Below are positions 1 to 13,061 of a DNA stretch of 64,000 bases, piece after piece. The stretch's first letter is position 1. Every line of letters begins with the position of its first letter. The position numbers were made by a program, and so were the translations under genes. The stretch lies in the NCBI GenBank assembly GCA_032718475.1, contig JAUCBJ010008811.1, positions 1 to 64,000 on the forward strand, read 5' to 3'. The stretch is from Nemertoderma westbladi (lineage: Eukaryota; Animalia; Xenacoelomorpha). Under the pieces are notes generated by a model, which did not search any database, had not been told where the DNA came from, and saw only the letters and a program-made list of their open reading frames with translations.

Positions 1-3000
1 AACGTATAACGCAAAATAAATCTGTTAAACTTTTGACCATCTGTAATTCTAGTCGATTAAGATATCGTGGCACCCACCGATATACTTGAAAGACGAATTC
101 TAGAATCAGTGGTTAACGTCCCCAGACAAGTTCTGGAATAAATCGGTGCCCATCCTAAATATTAATTTAATATTTATTAAAATCTGTCAAATTCAGATCC
201 TTTAAAATTTCTAGTTAATTAAGATATCGTAGCACTTACCGGTATTCTTAAAAGACCATTTTATAGAATTAAGGATCTTATGTCCCCAGATATGTTCTGG
301 AATCAAAATTGTGTCAATCTTACCATCAAATAATAAAATTCACGGGAATAAATTTAAAATTCATATTTTATGAATTTAATAAATTGTCATTTTGCACAAT
401 TTCTAATATTCCCAAAATTCCACTAATTAATAGATCATGGGAGCGGAGATTCATATTGAGTGTACTCGAGTGTGAGAATCTCCAACATATAGTCAATAGC
501 CGACAAAATTCATAAAATCATGTATAAAGAGGATCTTGACAATTAAAGACTACTATCAAACAACATCCCAGATCTGTATGCATGAGAACTACCCTAATTC
601 TACCGCTAGCTTTACATAATGTCACCATAGCAACACCAACGCTAGAATTAAAAAACGAGTTAAAAGAACAATAGAAAACTTGTACCGTTACTCAGCATAG
701 TGATTGTATAGCACACGGTTGGTATCCAAGGATACACAATAACAACAACGTGACATTCTGGAAAGCATTGACTAACGGACAAATGGCCTGTAGGATGGTA
801 GTTGGTAGCTGTTGTGTGGAATTTATGCGTTTGTAGGTGAATGTTGCTGCTAAGGTGTGTTTACAGTAGCTAGTCGCAATTGTAAGATAACCCAACTCTC
901 CCATAGCAAAAACCTCAAGTGATAACAAGCCTTTGGGACGGACAGTGGAGGGACTTGTGCCGGTTATCGTTGTCGTGCTGTTGCCACAACGTTGGCGTAA
1001 ACACCGCGACAGCGGTACATCGGCGCTGAGAATCCCACTGTCCGGGGGGTCGCGATTAGTAGGCAGCGACGCCCGCTGACCTAAAACACATATAACTCGT
1101 TACAATATTGGTGGATTTCGATAGCAGATATGACGGAATTGATAGAAGATGATATTGGTATCAGGGAGCGATATAATGTACCTTTGCAGGCGTTTGTGGA
1201 TAGCTTGATAAGTGGTGAACCCGGTCCCACCATTACCGAGGAAGATGGTCGTTACATCGAACCGCCGATGTCCCAAGAGCTACTCACGCGTGAATTGGAC
1301 TATAGAAAATTCACCGCTCGCTATACGCACCGTAATGGTACGTATATGGACTTTCTAACCACCGGCCATCCGATCGACCTACATGATACGGACGATGTAG
1401 ACACCGAAAGAGAAATGGTTTTGTTTAAATACCACGCTCAGCGGAGTCGTAACGATAAACCAAGAATAGACCACGAGAACTCTATTCGTAACCGGCTCGA
1501 CCGAGAAAACGTTGAGGAACCCGATAAGCGTATCAACTTCAACGACTACCTGGAATTTTTGAGAGAAACTTATCTCAATATTGCCAGTCAACAAAACCTA
1601 AAAACCTCGACTCACCACCGGTTATTCTGTCGTTGAGATTCAAACAGTAGGTCCACCAGAAGAGTCAACTACGCTCGCCGCAGCTACACACTGGGAAGAC
1701 GAGCCTATGTGTATGGAATCTGAGGAGATTCAACCTACTACGCCCCGGAACAGCGACAACGATTATATTATCGAATGGTATCAAGGTCCACAGTGTCTCA
1801 CTGCGTACGATTATCGTCATGCCAACTATGTTGATCGTCAGCGTTGTCGGTTATGCGCATCTAGAGACCATATTACGCCTATGGATACGAATATCCTATG
1901 TTCCTATTTCCACGAACAGCCTTCGATGGAAATTTACTGCGCTTATTGTCGACTCAATGATTCGCACATTTTTGCTGTCTGCCCCCAGTTCATGACGCAA
2001 TGCCACCATTGTCAGCTGAAAGGACACGCCAGCTTTGATTGTCCCTTCAATAAAGATTTGGAGAGTGTAGACGAAATGATTGTACTCCGTTACATTCGAG
2101 CTTGGGAAGCGAACGCTGATTTACATTGTAACTCACGTCATCGCTACTACCCTGGACGCGCTTACGAAGGAGTCTATGCGTTTCATCCGTATTTATTCGC
2201 TTCTGTCGAACAGAAAGCGTGCATCCCGAGTTACGAGCTATTAAAGCGCGTCGGAGAATGTATTTCGACTAAGTTTGTGCGCAAATTCCTTAGGAGAGTT
2301 AACCCCAATGATATTCATTCATATTATTTAATCAACTTTATCCGACGCGATCCGGACTATGGAGAATTATTCGTTAACTCGCATCCTGAGTTACAAGAAG
2401 TATATCGAAGGCCTTACGAATATCGAGCCCGCGAACGCGAGTTGGAGAGAACCGTTAAACCAAGACAGTTTCTGACAGCCTACGGTCCACCCACGGCTTC
2501 CGTTCAGACCACTCGCAGAGGACCTGTGAGAGCAGCCGTCCTAAAACGAGCCCTAAAGGCCGTTAGACCCCAGTCCCCCGATGTTGATGACAACCTACCC
2601 GGAACCTCAACTGGCGGATATACCGATAACAATCCTGCACCCTCTGATGCAATTATATTGCACCCTTCACCCAGGAGTTATAGCCCTCCTTGTAAAGTGG
2701 CTCGCCCCAAAGAGAAAAGGACTCTGGCTAGCTTTAAAAAACTGCGTAAACGCCGTCCGCGCAAGAAAGACTAACGGTTTAGAGTATTTATGTATATTAG
2801 AAACTGCGATTTTGTATATTTTATAGACTTCAATCTCATTTTCTGGGAGCGGTGTAAAAGCTTCTGTGGGATGTAACTGGCCCTTCGCCCCGCAACCCAG
2901 TTTTTCCCCCATACGCTAAAATACTCTGAAACCTACTGTAAAGGTTTTTCTGGGATATGACTGATTTGTTTTCTTTGCTAACCAGTTCCCCCCTCCAAGG

Positions 3001-4074
3001 CGTTGGAATCCTTTAGGAGGGATCTGAGCTGTTCGATTGGCCAGCCGGCTTGGGAAGGTTGCCCTAGTTACCCATAGCCCTGCGTTGAGTTAGTTCTGAT
3101 TTCGACCAATCCCGAGCTACTGAACTGAAATTATCCTGTCTCACTGCTGATTACATGTGTTGAACGGGATTCTTGGAAAATAAGAGAGCTAAAGTCACGG
3201 GACTTTTTGTTATGATTTTAGACTTTATTATCAGTGTTTTAAGACCGTTTTGATATAGCGAAATGTTTTCTGCCTTTTTGTAAGAACATTAGTAGGCTAA
3301 ATTATAGAAAGCATAGCTATTATCTTAACAATCGCTATTAACGATTCAATGCAATCTAATTATATCTTAACCTACCGTCATACTGCTTTTACTGTTTGTA
3401 ATTTTGTATCAGTATAATTGGATGTTATTAGTTGAAGAATATCAATAATCAACCCACATTTTCCCAATATCTTTGATACACTACAGGTTAGAGAGAAAGG
3501 TTATGTACAACAATTGCGACTTTATTATTGTGTTTGTAGTGAATCTAATGTTGTTTGACAGACACTACCTGAGTCCAGTGCATATCTCTTTATACCTGAT
3601 CAAAGTCAGTAACTGTCGGCATATCAGTGAGCAGTGTTGTGCGTTACCGGTAGCGTGCGTGATTGTAAAGTGATTGGATCTGATAATAAAGCATTCCTAA
3701 AGAATGCGCCCTATGCTTGAAATTTAAGCCATATCGTTGTGTGTAGTATCAGTCATAACTCTGTTTACATAGGTAGAGCGCCACGTCCTAAAAGGAACTG
3801 CTAATATTTCCCGAAAGTGAATAATATTTGTCAGAGATTATATATTAGTAATCAATCGAATAATACAGTAGGCTTGACCGCAAATAAATTTAAGCCCACG
3901 AATCCAGTCTCCCGGTGTTATAAACGGGTCATTTGGACGCGCATGGACTGGCTTCGGCTAATGTTTTTGGTTTGTTTTGTATTAAATCTTATCATCTTAA
4001 AAAAGGCAGATTATCAATAAAGACATATAAATTTCGGCAGGTTAAACTGCTGAAGGTCTATAAAAGCGCGTACA
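1..4074 (+). mobile_element. 3' part of a BEL/Pao-associated element (copy 1), running off the left edge; diverged inverted copy of 18132-21885
   Basis: Position 1 onward aligns to the reverse complement of 21885 downward (e.g. ctgtaattctagtcgattaagatatcg). Homologous blocks: 1-1600, 2620-2860, 3381-4074. Homology stops at ...GCGCGTACA (4074) versus ...GCGCGAACA (18132, minus), an LTR-like CA terminus. Confidence 0.7.
1130..2774 (+). CDS. Zinc-knuckle (3x CCHC-like) protein, split into 168-aa and 355-aa ORFs by one frameshift at an A-run near 1600-1604
   Basis: Motifs CRLCASRDH(x9)C, CAYCRLNDSHIFAVC and CHHCQLKGHASFDC; basic C-terminus KKLRKRRPRKKD. The second frame is open from 1602. Confidence 0.6.
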
Positions 4075-4134
4075 GTACCCCTAATGAAACTCCTTGCTTA
4101 TCACTACTGGTTCACCTCAAGTTAAATAATTAGA

Positions 4135-4675
4135 TGGACGGTGTTATGCAAAAGGGTGTTAATCCACAAAAGCGCAATTTGAGATAATCGATGTCAAAGT
4201 TTTTAACATCCTGTGTGATCGTTGTTGTATTATCCAGATACTGTTGTGTTTTTATAAGAAAACATTCATGGAAATTAAAGTATTTTTCAAGTTAGTGTGC
4301 TAGAATATAGCATTTTCTCCGAAATATTGATCAATATGTGGCTTAACACTTTTGGAAAACTTCATAATTGGCAAAAGGTTAAATTGTCAAAAGGTGTCAT
4401 ACTTACAAAAAGATGTCAAAAGATGTCAAGCCACACAATTATTATGTGGTTTAAATCTTTTTTGCAATATTATTTGTCATTTGACACTCTTTGAATTTAT
4501 CACAAAGCCGGACTGTGGCTTAACTTTCTTGTATTTTTAAGGCATTTCTTCGTATTATTGGGCAATAGGATCTCATAGATTGGTAGATTGGGCCTACACT
4601 TTCCTCTATCGAATGATACCAAAAACTCAATTTCGACAAAATGTGGGATAACACCCTTTTGCATAACACCGTCCA
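4135..4675. mobile_element. MITE / non-autonomous DNA transposon with ~34-bp TIRs
   Basis: tggacggtgttatgcaaaagggtgttaatccaca at 4135 and its near-perfect reverse complement tgtgggataacacccttttgcataacaccgtcca ending at 4675; no coding capacity. Confidence 0.85.
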
Positions 4676-4811
4676 CATGTTCTGGAATGAATATTTATGA
4701 CATTGGCTTCTGCTATCCTTTGCCTACCATTTCAGGGCCTTTCTATTTTGTTTTAATGGCATTCTCTAATCAGGCATGGTCTATCTTTCTATAAATTGTG
4801 CTATACAGTAA

Positions 4812-4896
4812 GTGAGATATAAATATTTATTGAACAGCCAGAAATTAATAAATAAATGAGGTTGTTTTATCAGTGAGACAATGTTCGGTAAATTTC
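4812..4896 (+). repeat. ~85-bp dispersed direct repeat, second copy at 6793-6888
   Basis: gtgagatat...ttgaac...cagaaat...aataaatgaggttgttttatcagt...ggtaaatttc is present at both places. Confidence 0.75.
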
Positions 4897-5055
4897 TCAC
4901 AACTTATTGCGGGCCTCTTCCAACTTACGGGCCCCCGGCAACTACCCCTGTTGCTGTTGCCCCCCCCCCCCCCCCCCCCCCCTTAATCCGTCCCTGGTAA
5001 CGGACTCAGTGAAAGCCCATATTTCCTCGCAGGTACACTCGCAGGGTATAATGGT

Positions 5056-6600
5056 TTGATACCAACCTTCCCTACTAGGGTTCTAGATGGGGCACATATT
5101 TCCAATGCAGACTTCTCACCTGGCCATGTTTATTCAATGCTTAAAAAGTTGGCTCCGAAAACAAGCCTAACACCAGATGACCTGCCCAGTATTATTTTTA
5201 GTAAAGGGGCTCTACGTTCGTTACCTGCAATTTGGCTTCCTGCAAATGTGGTCCCAATATACAGTACGTATTAAATGGGGGATCCATAGGATCCATATAA
5301 TTATTATAGACCTATGTCGCTGACTTGTATCGCCTGTAAAATAATGGAACTGTGTGTGAGTGAAGGACGATCTAACTAAATATTTGTTTGAACATACTGT
5401 AATCTTATTACGAAGGTCCAACATGGGTTCCTTATACGTAGTAGTACTTGCAGTCAAATGTTACTGTGTACGAATGATTGGTATGACTTGACTTACATTC
5501 TACTACATAGATAGATAGTAAACATATCATAGATAGTATATATAGACTTTGCCAAGGCATTTGATTCGGTGGTACATTCAGAATTGATTAGTATACTACA
5601 GTACAATCATATGGTGTGAAAGGTACAGAAATGTACTGTATTTTTATGGATCAGTGCATTCCTTAATAATAGAACCCAGCGATTCTTGGTTGGTAATGCA
5701 CTAGAAACCGCCGTAATGAATTGTTCTCGGGCCATTACTTTTTGTCATCTTTATGTATGACTTGCCTGAAACTGTTCATAGTGTGGTCTGTAAATTATTC
5801 GCAGATGATGTTAAACTGTCTGCACACTCGCATGAGCACCAAAATCTATCGGACGCATTACACGAACTTTTTAATTGGTCATGCAATTGGCTGCTCAATA
5901 TTGCTGCTCACTAGTGCGCTGTATTATATAGGTACAAGTAATCCTAAACTCTTTTACAGTACCATTTGGGTAAGTGCATTGCTTCCCCTTTAAGACAAGC
6001 AGGTAAACGGTGAACACCAAATATGTAAAGGCGACTTTTTGGCAAATTTATGTCAAGTGAACTAAATTTCAAATTATACGCAAATCGCAGTCTAAGAAAG
6101 TACTGAACATAATTAACGTGATATTCCGTCTGCTTCCGCCGCAATTTGCAATGCACTTCTCACAGTTTATAAAACGCGTCCTTTATTTGAATACTGTGCC
6201 CCTGTTTGGTATCCTTTTCTGAAGTACTCAATAGACATGATAGAGAGCTAGCGATAATTTACGCGGAGGCTCTATGCGAGATGTTCTCTCGTAACTTCAG
6301 ACTATCTCTCAAGATTGTATTTTCTGAAGCTGGGAACCATTGGAAGTACGCCGAATAGTTTCCGACATAAAATTTGTGTATTCTATCGTTGTTCCTTTTG
6401 AGTCACTCTTTTCGTATGCACCTAGAGTTGGACTGCGGGGGCATAGCCAACAATTATTTTCGAGGAAAAGTATATTACTTATATGTAATTACGCGTTCAG
6501 AACCGTGTTTTTGGGATTTTGAATATTTTAGCCGCAGAAACAAATTGCTGCTCGAAATATTACTATAATTCAATCATTATTGGTCGGGTTGGTGCGCGCA
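5056..6600 (+). pseudogene. Degenerate CR1/L2-group non-LTR retrotransposon ORF2 (RT) fragment
   Basis: Fragments across frames: WLPANVVPI, NYRPMSLTCIACKIME, QHGF, IDFAKAFDSVVH, WISAFL-NRTQ, LGPLLF, KLFADD, RPLFEYCAPVW; many stops and frameshifts. Confidence 0.85.
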
Positions 6601-6730
6601 GTTGATTTAAGAGGTACACAGTGTTTAGTCGAAATACAGTAGGTACAGTATGTATTAATTTAGCTGTTAATTTGAGTGTGTTTAATAATATTAATAATAA
6701 TGAATGGTGCCATTTGTATATATGTGAGAT

Positions 6731-6792
6731 CATGACCTACTATAACAGTTATAGCAGTATATATATAACTATTACTGTTATAGTAGGTCATG
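6731..6792. mobile_element. 62-bp hairpin mini-element (P-superfamily-like) with 7-bp TSD GTGAGAT
   Basis: Perfect 19-bp TIR catgacctactataacagt / actgttatagtaggtcatg; gtgagat at 6724-6730 and 6793-6799. Confidence 0.7.
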
Positions 6793-7107
6793 GTGAGATA
6801 TATAAAAATATTTGTTGAACGATCAGAAATAAATAATAAATAAATAAATGAGGTTGTTTTATCAGTCAGATAATGTTTGGTAAATTTCGGAGGAGTAGGA
6901 GTAACTATCCCCCACCAGTGCTGTTGTTGTAAAAGTACTGTAGTGTACAAGCAGACAGCAGGACAGGGCACCTGCAGTTTGTAGTGTTTCTAGTTCTCGG
7001 TCGGTTGGTAGTAAGTACTGAAGTACTGAAGTACAGTTGTACTGTCACTGTCAGACTGTAGTACAGTACTGCAGTAGAAGCCTAAGTCCAGAAGTCAGCA
7101 CTAAATT

Positions 7108-8238
7108 ATGGCGACTTCAAACAAACAAGGGGAAAGAACTCTCAAGAAGAAAAACCCTGACAGATTCAAAGGCTCTTCTCAGAAAACTGAGCAAGATGAA
7201 GAGATGGAAGAGGCTAAGTTGGAGATTCCTCCAGACTGGAAAGAACCCGGAATATCTCGAGAAGAGAACCCGCATTGTATGTTAGAGGAGAGTTCTTTCT
7301 CCACCCTATTCCCGAAGTACAGAGAGAAATACATCAACGAATGCTGGCCGCTGGTAAAGAAAGCCTTATCGGACCACCATATAGCGGGAACGCTGGACCT
7401 TATAGAGGGTTCCATGCGGGTCGCCACGACCCGTAAGACCTTCGACCCCTACATTATAATACGTTCGCGGGATTTTATCAAACTCATTGCCAGAGGGGTC
7501 CCGTACGAAGAAGCGGTTCGGATTCTACAGGACGATGTTTATTGCGACGTTATCAAGATGAGTCGAGGCAGTTCGACAGCGAGGTTCGTAAAACGTCGTC
7601 AACGCTTAATAGGTCCCAACGGGTCCACGCTGAAGGCGGTCGAGTTGTTGACCGGATGCTACGTGCTGGTCCAGGGACGGACCGTGTCCGCCATGGGCTC
7701 CCACGGTGGTCTCAAACAGGTACGCAAGATCGTAAACGACACCATGGCTAATATACATCCGATCTACATGATAAAGACATTGATGATTAAACGCGAATTA
7801 GCGAAAGATCCGAAGTTGGCTAACGAGGATTGGGATCGGTTTCTTCCTAAGTTTAAGAAGAAGAATCTGAGTAAACGGAAGAAACCGCACGTCATCCGTC
7901 GCGTCGGGACCTACACACCTTTCCCACCGCCTCAACCGCAAAGTAAACTGGATAAAGAGATAGAGAGTGGAGAGTACTTCCTTAAGGAAGTCGAGAGAAA
8001 GTCTAAAAAGCATCGAGATAGAAGCGAAAAGCAGAAGGAAGCAAAAGTCGCGAGGGATGAGAGAAGGGAGAGAGTTTATGTAGCTCCCGCTGAGGTGACA
8101 GATTGTGTCGGGGTGACTGGGGAGAAAGATTCGGACTCCATCGATGTCGATAAAATAAAACAGAAAATAAAAAAATCGACTCATCGTAAACTGGGGGCGC
8201 CGGTAAATAAATCTATGATTAAGTCGAAAAAATCCTAA
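7108..8238 (+). CDS. KRR1: KRR1 small-subunit processome component homolog (KH-domain), uninterrupted CDS
   Basis: [107 protein letters not shown]. Confidence 0.97.
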   Translation: MATSNKQGERTLKKKNPDRFKGSSQKTEQDEEMEEAKLEIPPDWKEPGISREENPHCMLEESSFSTLFPKYREKYINECWPLVKKALSDHHIAGTLDLIEGSMRVATTRKTFDPYIIIRSRDFIKLIARGVPYEEAVRILQDDVYCDVIKMSRGSSTARFVKRRQRLIGPNGSTLKAVELLTGCYVLVQGRTVSAMGSHGGLKQVRKIVNDTMANIHPIYMIKTLMIKRELAKDPKLANEDWDRFLPKFKKKNLSKRKKPHVIRRVGTYTPFPPPQPQSKLDKEIESGEYFLKEVERKSKKHRDRSEKQKEAKVARDERRERVYVAPAEVTDCVGVTGEKDSDSIDVDKIKQKIKKSTHRKLGAPVNKSMIKSKKS

Positions 8239-9070
8239 CGATCTGTGCATAGTATTGAACTGTATGAGTATGAGTAGTGGCTAGTTTATTAACTGGTGAA
8301 TAAGACTTTGGTAGGAGTTATTCGAGCCATATAGGTAATCCTATTAATTTTAATTGTTCGACTGACTTTTACAATGTCGTGAATCCTAAGGATATACGAT
8401 GATCTGACTGATGTGATTTTTCCAAGAATTGTTCAGGAGATTATTGCTTAAAATGTTTTTTTTGCTGCGGCGGCGGCGGTTCCATGCAGTATTACTAAGT
8501 AGGTCTATATAATAAATGGATTATGTTTAACTCGTTAAGAACAGCATCCCTTCTTTATTTCCATCAGGCATGCTTTAAATATGAGAATATGATGTTATTT
8601 TATAATTTGCTTATAATATTTTCTAGAAGTTCCCGATGCAGAGTCCTCGTCTAGGCAACTATAATTAATTACCCTTAACGAACTGCAGCTGTATTGTTTA
8701 TTTCCCAGTGCAATATTTATTACTACAAATCGCCAAAGAAAGTAAAATATTCTACGATCTGTAATTATTAAATTTCCAATTAAGACGAATTCCAACAATT
8801 TATTATATTTATTTATATTTTATTGTAAACGTTAAAGACGGATCTAGGCCTGTAAGATATTATCAGCTAATCATTATGATGTGCACTCACCCCGGCTAGT
8901 TATTTTGGCTATATATCGACCCACACAAACAAACACAGTTGGACATTTGAAACGGCTGTATTCTATAACTATATATGTTTGATGTTGGCTCATAGTCCTG
9001 CTGACTCGACTCTCCCACAGGAACATTTTATGTGAAATAAAGTCTTTCTCCTGCCCTTCTTAACCTAATA

Positions 9071-9766
9071 ATGAGTAGCGAAGTAAACCCTCCCTCGACT
9101 GGGTGTCGCTCCAGTAATGATGCATCTTCTGAGACGGATCACCCAGTAAATGTCATTCCGAGTATCTGCAAACAATATTACATGATGGGTTGGATGTTGG
9201 GTTCCAGTGGAGCCATATCGATCAAACACAACGCCAATACCTACACAACCCCGTCTAGTGTGCCCAAAGAGAGACTGCTGCCCTCGGATATCGTGGTCAC
9301 TGACTCCGCTGGTCTGGAGACCAGTGATGGTCGACTGAAACGCTCTGCTTGTGAACCGGTCTTTGACGCGATATACGACCTCTACCCACGAGCTACATCC
9401 GTGTTCCACACGCACCCATCCTCAGTAATATTCGCTTTTGAAGACGAAAAAACTAATTTTGACATTTACGACCAAGAAATGATGAAAGGAGTCTATAATT
9501 TCGGTTTGGATCGCAATTACAGTAACGACGATTTATTGGAGTTGCCGATAATCAAGAACGCGCCGTTAGAGTCGGACCTCGTGGAACCGATAGTTACAGT
9601 TCTCGGGGAGGAGAAATACGCAGGTGTTAGCGCTGTTATTGTACGTAACCATGGTATCTTCGTATGGGGATTGACATGGCAGAAAGCCAAGATTAGTTTG
9701 GAGTGTGTTACGTACTTGGTGGATTTGGCGGACGGATTGAAACGGAGGGGTCGCCGTAGGTGGTGA
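9071..9766 (+). CDS. APIP: Methylthioribulose-1-phosphate dehydratase (MtnB/APIP, class II aldolase fold; methionine salvage)
   Basis: ICKQYYMMGWM, PSSVPKERL, SACEPVF, metal-binding HTH and NHG, QEMMKG, LPIIKN, VIVRNHGIFVWGLTWQKAK. Confidence 0.93.
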   Translation: MSSEVNPPSTGCRSSNDASSETDHPVNVIPSICKQYYMMGWMLGSSGAISIKHNANTYTTPSSVPKERLLPSDIVVTDSAGLETSDGRLKRSACEPVFDAIYDLYPRATSVFHTHPSSVIFAFEDEKTNFDIYDQEMMKGVYNFGLDRNYSNDDLLELPIIKNAPLESDLVEPIVTVLGEEKYAGVSAVIVRNHGIFVWGLTWQKAKISLECVTYLVDLADGLKRRGRRRW

Positions 9767-10824
9767 CAGAAGTTCTATGGTAGAAAACAATTAATAATGA
9801 TTTAAATTAAAGTTATTATTAATTTCTTGTTAATTATCTGACTTTATACGGTATAAAGGATTATTTTATTTTCAATATTATGAATGTTGGTGGATTGGTG
9901 TAAAATAAATCGGTAAGGGAAATTATACAATATTTAATACCATTTACAATCGATATTCTACAGTATTACTGTAATATTAATCTGTAATATGATTCAATAA
10001 CATTATGTTTTTTTTAGATTTTTCTTTTTATATCGGTACTGTTTGTTTGAACGCACCCAGAGGCATAGAGCAAGCCAACAGAATAGGTAATGTTAGTTCT
10101 AAGCATTAGATACTCTATATAATTGGGGATTATATTGGCTCGAAACGATATTTTATAAATTATTGTTTGTGATAATATTGGTAAGTAAGAAGAGTTGATT
10201 TTTGTAAAAACATTGTGAGTTGATACGCTCGTTTTTATGGTAACTAATAAATTGTTATAAATTGATAAACATAGTAGGCCTACAATTTATTAAAATTTGC
10301 TAAACTTACCATTTCCACCAGTTCCATGGTATAGACAAGTAATAATTTTAGGAAATAAAATGAGAGTGGAGGGTGGATAGAAATCTCAAAACCGCTCGGG
10401 GGTTAATTTCGTTGCACTGCTTCCAAAAATTTAACAATGAACATTTAGTGAAATGTTATTCGATTAGTTTAAATATTGCATAGAGTTTATTTACAATGAA
10501 TTTTATAATATTATTGCAAGGAAAGTATCCATTGTTATTCATATACAAAAATTACAATATAAATTAAACAATTAAGTAATCTAACATCTCACCCGCCCCC
10601 TCCTATCTACTCACCATATACCAACAAAGAACTGGCTAGGCGCCGGATGCAAGCTTATAAGACACCAGGTAAGGCCAACAGTAGGCCAGTTATAATTACT
10701 GTCAACATACAACTGCGGTTACTCACCCACCATGTACATAGAAACCGAACCCTGTAGTTGTCTTTACTCGATCTCAGAGTATGATTATTTGATTTCCACA
10801 ATATTATAAAAAATAAATAAACTG

Positions 10825-10897
10825 TGCCCCCTGCCAGGATCGAACTGGCGACCTCCAGATTATGAGACTGACGCGCTGCCGACTGCGCTAAGGAGGC
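10825..10897 (-). tRNA. tRNA-Met (CAT), elongator type
   Basis: Minus strand GCCTCCTTAGCGCAGTCGGCAGCGCGTCAGTCTCATAATCTGGAGGTCGCCAGTTCGATCCTGGCAGGGGGCA: cloverleaf, A/B boxes, CAT anticodon, downstream T-run terminator. Confidence 0.96.
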
Positions 10898-11020
10898 AAC
10901 TATTTGGTTGTCATGGAGATGATCATAGGGAATATACATCCTTATAAGGGGTAGAAACGGTTGTTTTAGTTATATTCTTACCAGAAACTCGAATTCCAAC
11001 AGCTAGTTGGTGCTGAGAAT

Positions 11021-12777
11021 GTACCCACGTGCGAATATACGTTACCCACGGGCGATTATACGGTACCCACGGGCGTTTATACGATACCCACGGGCGTTTA
11101 TACGATTCCCACGGGCGTTTATACGATACCCACGGGCGTTTATACGGTACCCACGGGCGTTTATACAGTACGATACCGACGGGCGTTTATACGATACTCA
11201 CGGGCGTTTATACGATACCCACGGGCGTTTATACGGTACCCACGGGCGTTTATACAGTACGATACAGATGACCGTTTATACGATACCCACGGCCGTTAAT
11301 ACATTACGATATCCACGGGCGTTTATTATACAGTAGGATACCCACGGGCGTTTATACGATACCCACGATCGTTTATACAGCACCCACGGCCGTTTATACA
11401 GTACGATATCCACCGGCGTTCATACAATACCCACGGGCTTTCATAAGATACCCACGGGCGAATATACGTTACCCTCGGGAGATTATACGATACCCAAAGG
11501 CGATTATACGGTACTCACGGGCGTTTATACGGTACCCACGGGCGTTTATACAGCACCCACGGGCGTTTATACGATACCCACGGGCGTTTATACGGTACCC
11601 ACGGGCGTTTATACAGTACGATACCGACGGGCGTTTATACGATACTCACGGGCGTTTATACGATACCCACGGGCGTTTATACAGCACCCACGGGCGTTTA
11701 TACGATACCCACGGGCGTTTATACGGTACCACGGGCGTTTATACAGTACAATACCGACGGGCGTTTATACGATACTCACGGGCGTTTATACGATACCCAC
11801 GGGCGTTTATACGGTACCCACGGGCGTTTATACAGCACCCACGGGCGTTTATACGATACCCACGGGCGTTTATACGGTACCCACGGGCGTTTATACAGTA
11901 CGATACCGACGGGCGTTTATACGATACTCACGGGCGTTTATACGATACCCACGGGCGTTTATACGGTACCCACGGGCGTTTATACAGTACGATACAGATG
12001 ACCGTTTATACGATACCCACGGCCGTTAATACATTACGATATCCACGGGCGTTTATTATACAGTAGGATACCCACGGGCGTTTATACGATACCCACGGTC
12101 GTTTATACAGTACCCACGGGCGTTTATACAGTACGATATCCACGGGCGTTTAATATACAGTACGATACCCACGAGCGTTTATACGATACCCACGGTCGTT
12201 TATACAGTACGATATCCACGGGCGTTTATACAGTACGATATCCACTGGCGTTTATTATACAGTAGGATACCCACGGGCGTTTATACGATACCCACGGTCG
12301 TTTATACAGTACGATATCAACGGGCGTTTATTATACAGTACGATACCCACGGGCGTTTATACAGCACCCACGGGCGTTTATACAGTACGATACCAACGAG
12401 CGTTTATACGATACCCACGGGCGATTATACAGTACCCATGGGCGTTTATACAGTACGATACCAACGAGCGTTTATACGATACCCACGGGCGATTATATGG
12501 GCGTTTATACAGTACGATATCAACGGGCGTTTATTATACAGTACGATACCCATGGGCGTTTATACGATACCCACGGTCGTTTATACAGTACCCACGGGCG
12601 TTTATACAGTACGATATCAACGGGCGTTTATTATACAGTACGATACCCACGGGCGTTTATACGATACCCACGGTCGTTTATACAGTACCCCGGGCGTTTA
12701 TACAGTACGATATCCACGGGCGTTTATTATACAGTACGATACCCATGGGCGTTTATACGATACCGACGAGTGTTTAT
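11021..12777. repeat. 21/26-bp satellite array 1 (core acgatacccacgggcgtttat, with or without acagt)
   Basis: Directly visible tandem units. Confidence 0.95.
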
Positions 12778-13061
12778 GTAATCGATTGTAATTTAACATC
12801 TCACCCTGCCCCTTCTATCTACTCCCATCACCACACCACCCCCTCCCAACTGAATGATACCAACAAAGAACTGGCTAGGCGCCGGATGCAAGCTTATAAG
12901 ACACCAGGTAAGGCCAACAGTAGGCCAGTTATAATTACTGTCAAAATACAACTGCGGTTACTCACCCACCATGTACATAGAATCCGAACCCTGTAGTTGT
13001 CTTTACTCGATCTCAGAGTATGATTATTTGATTTACACAATATTATAAAAAAAATAAACTG

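Noticed and set aside
3485-3510. PPT plus LTR start (agagagaaaggtta-TGTAC)
   Set aside because: The TG start is not conserved in copy 2, so the LTR 5' boundary cannot be defined.
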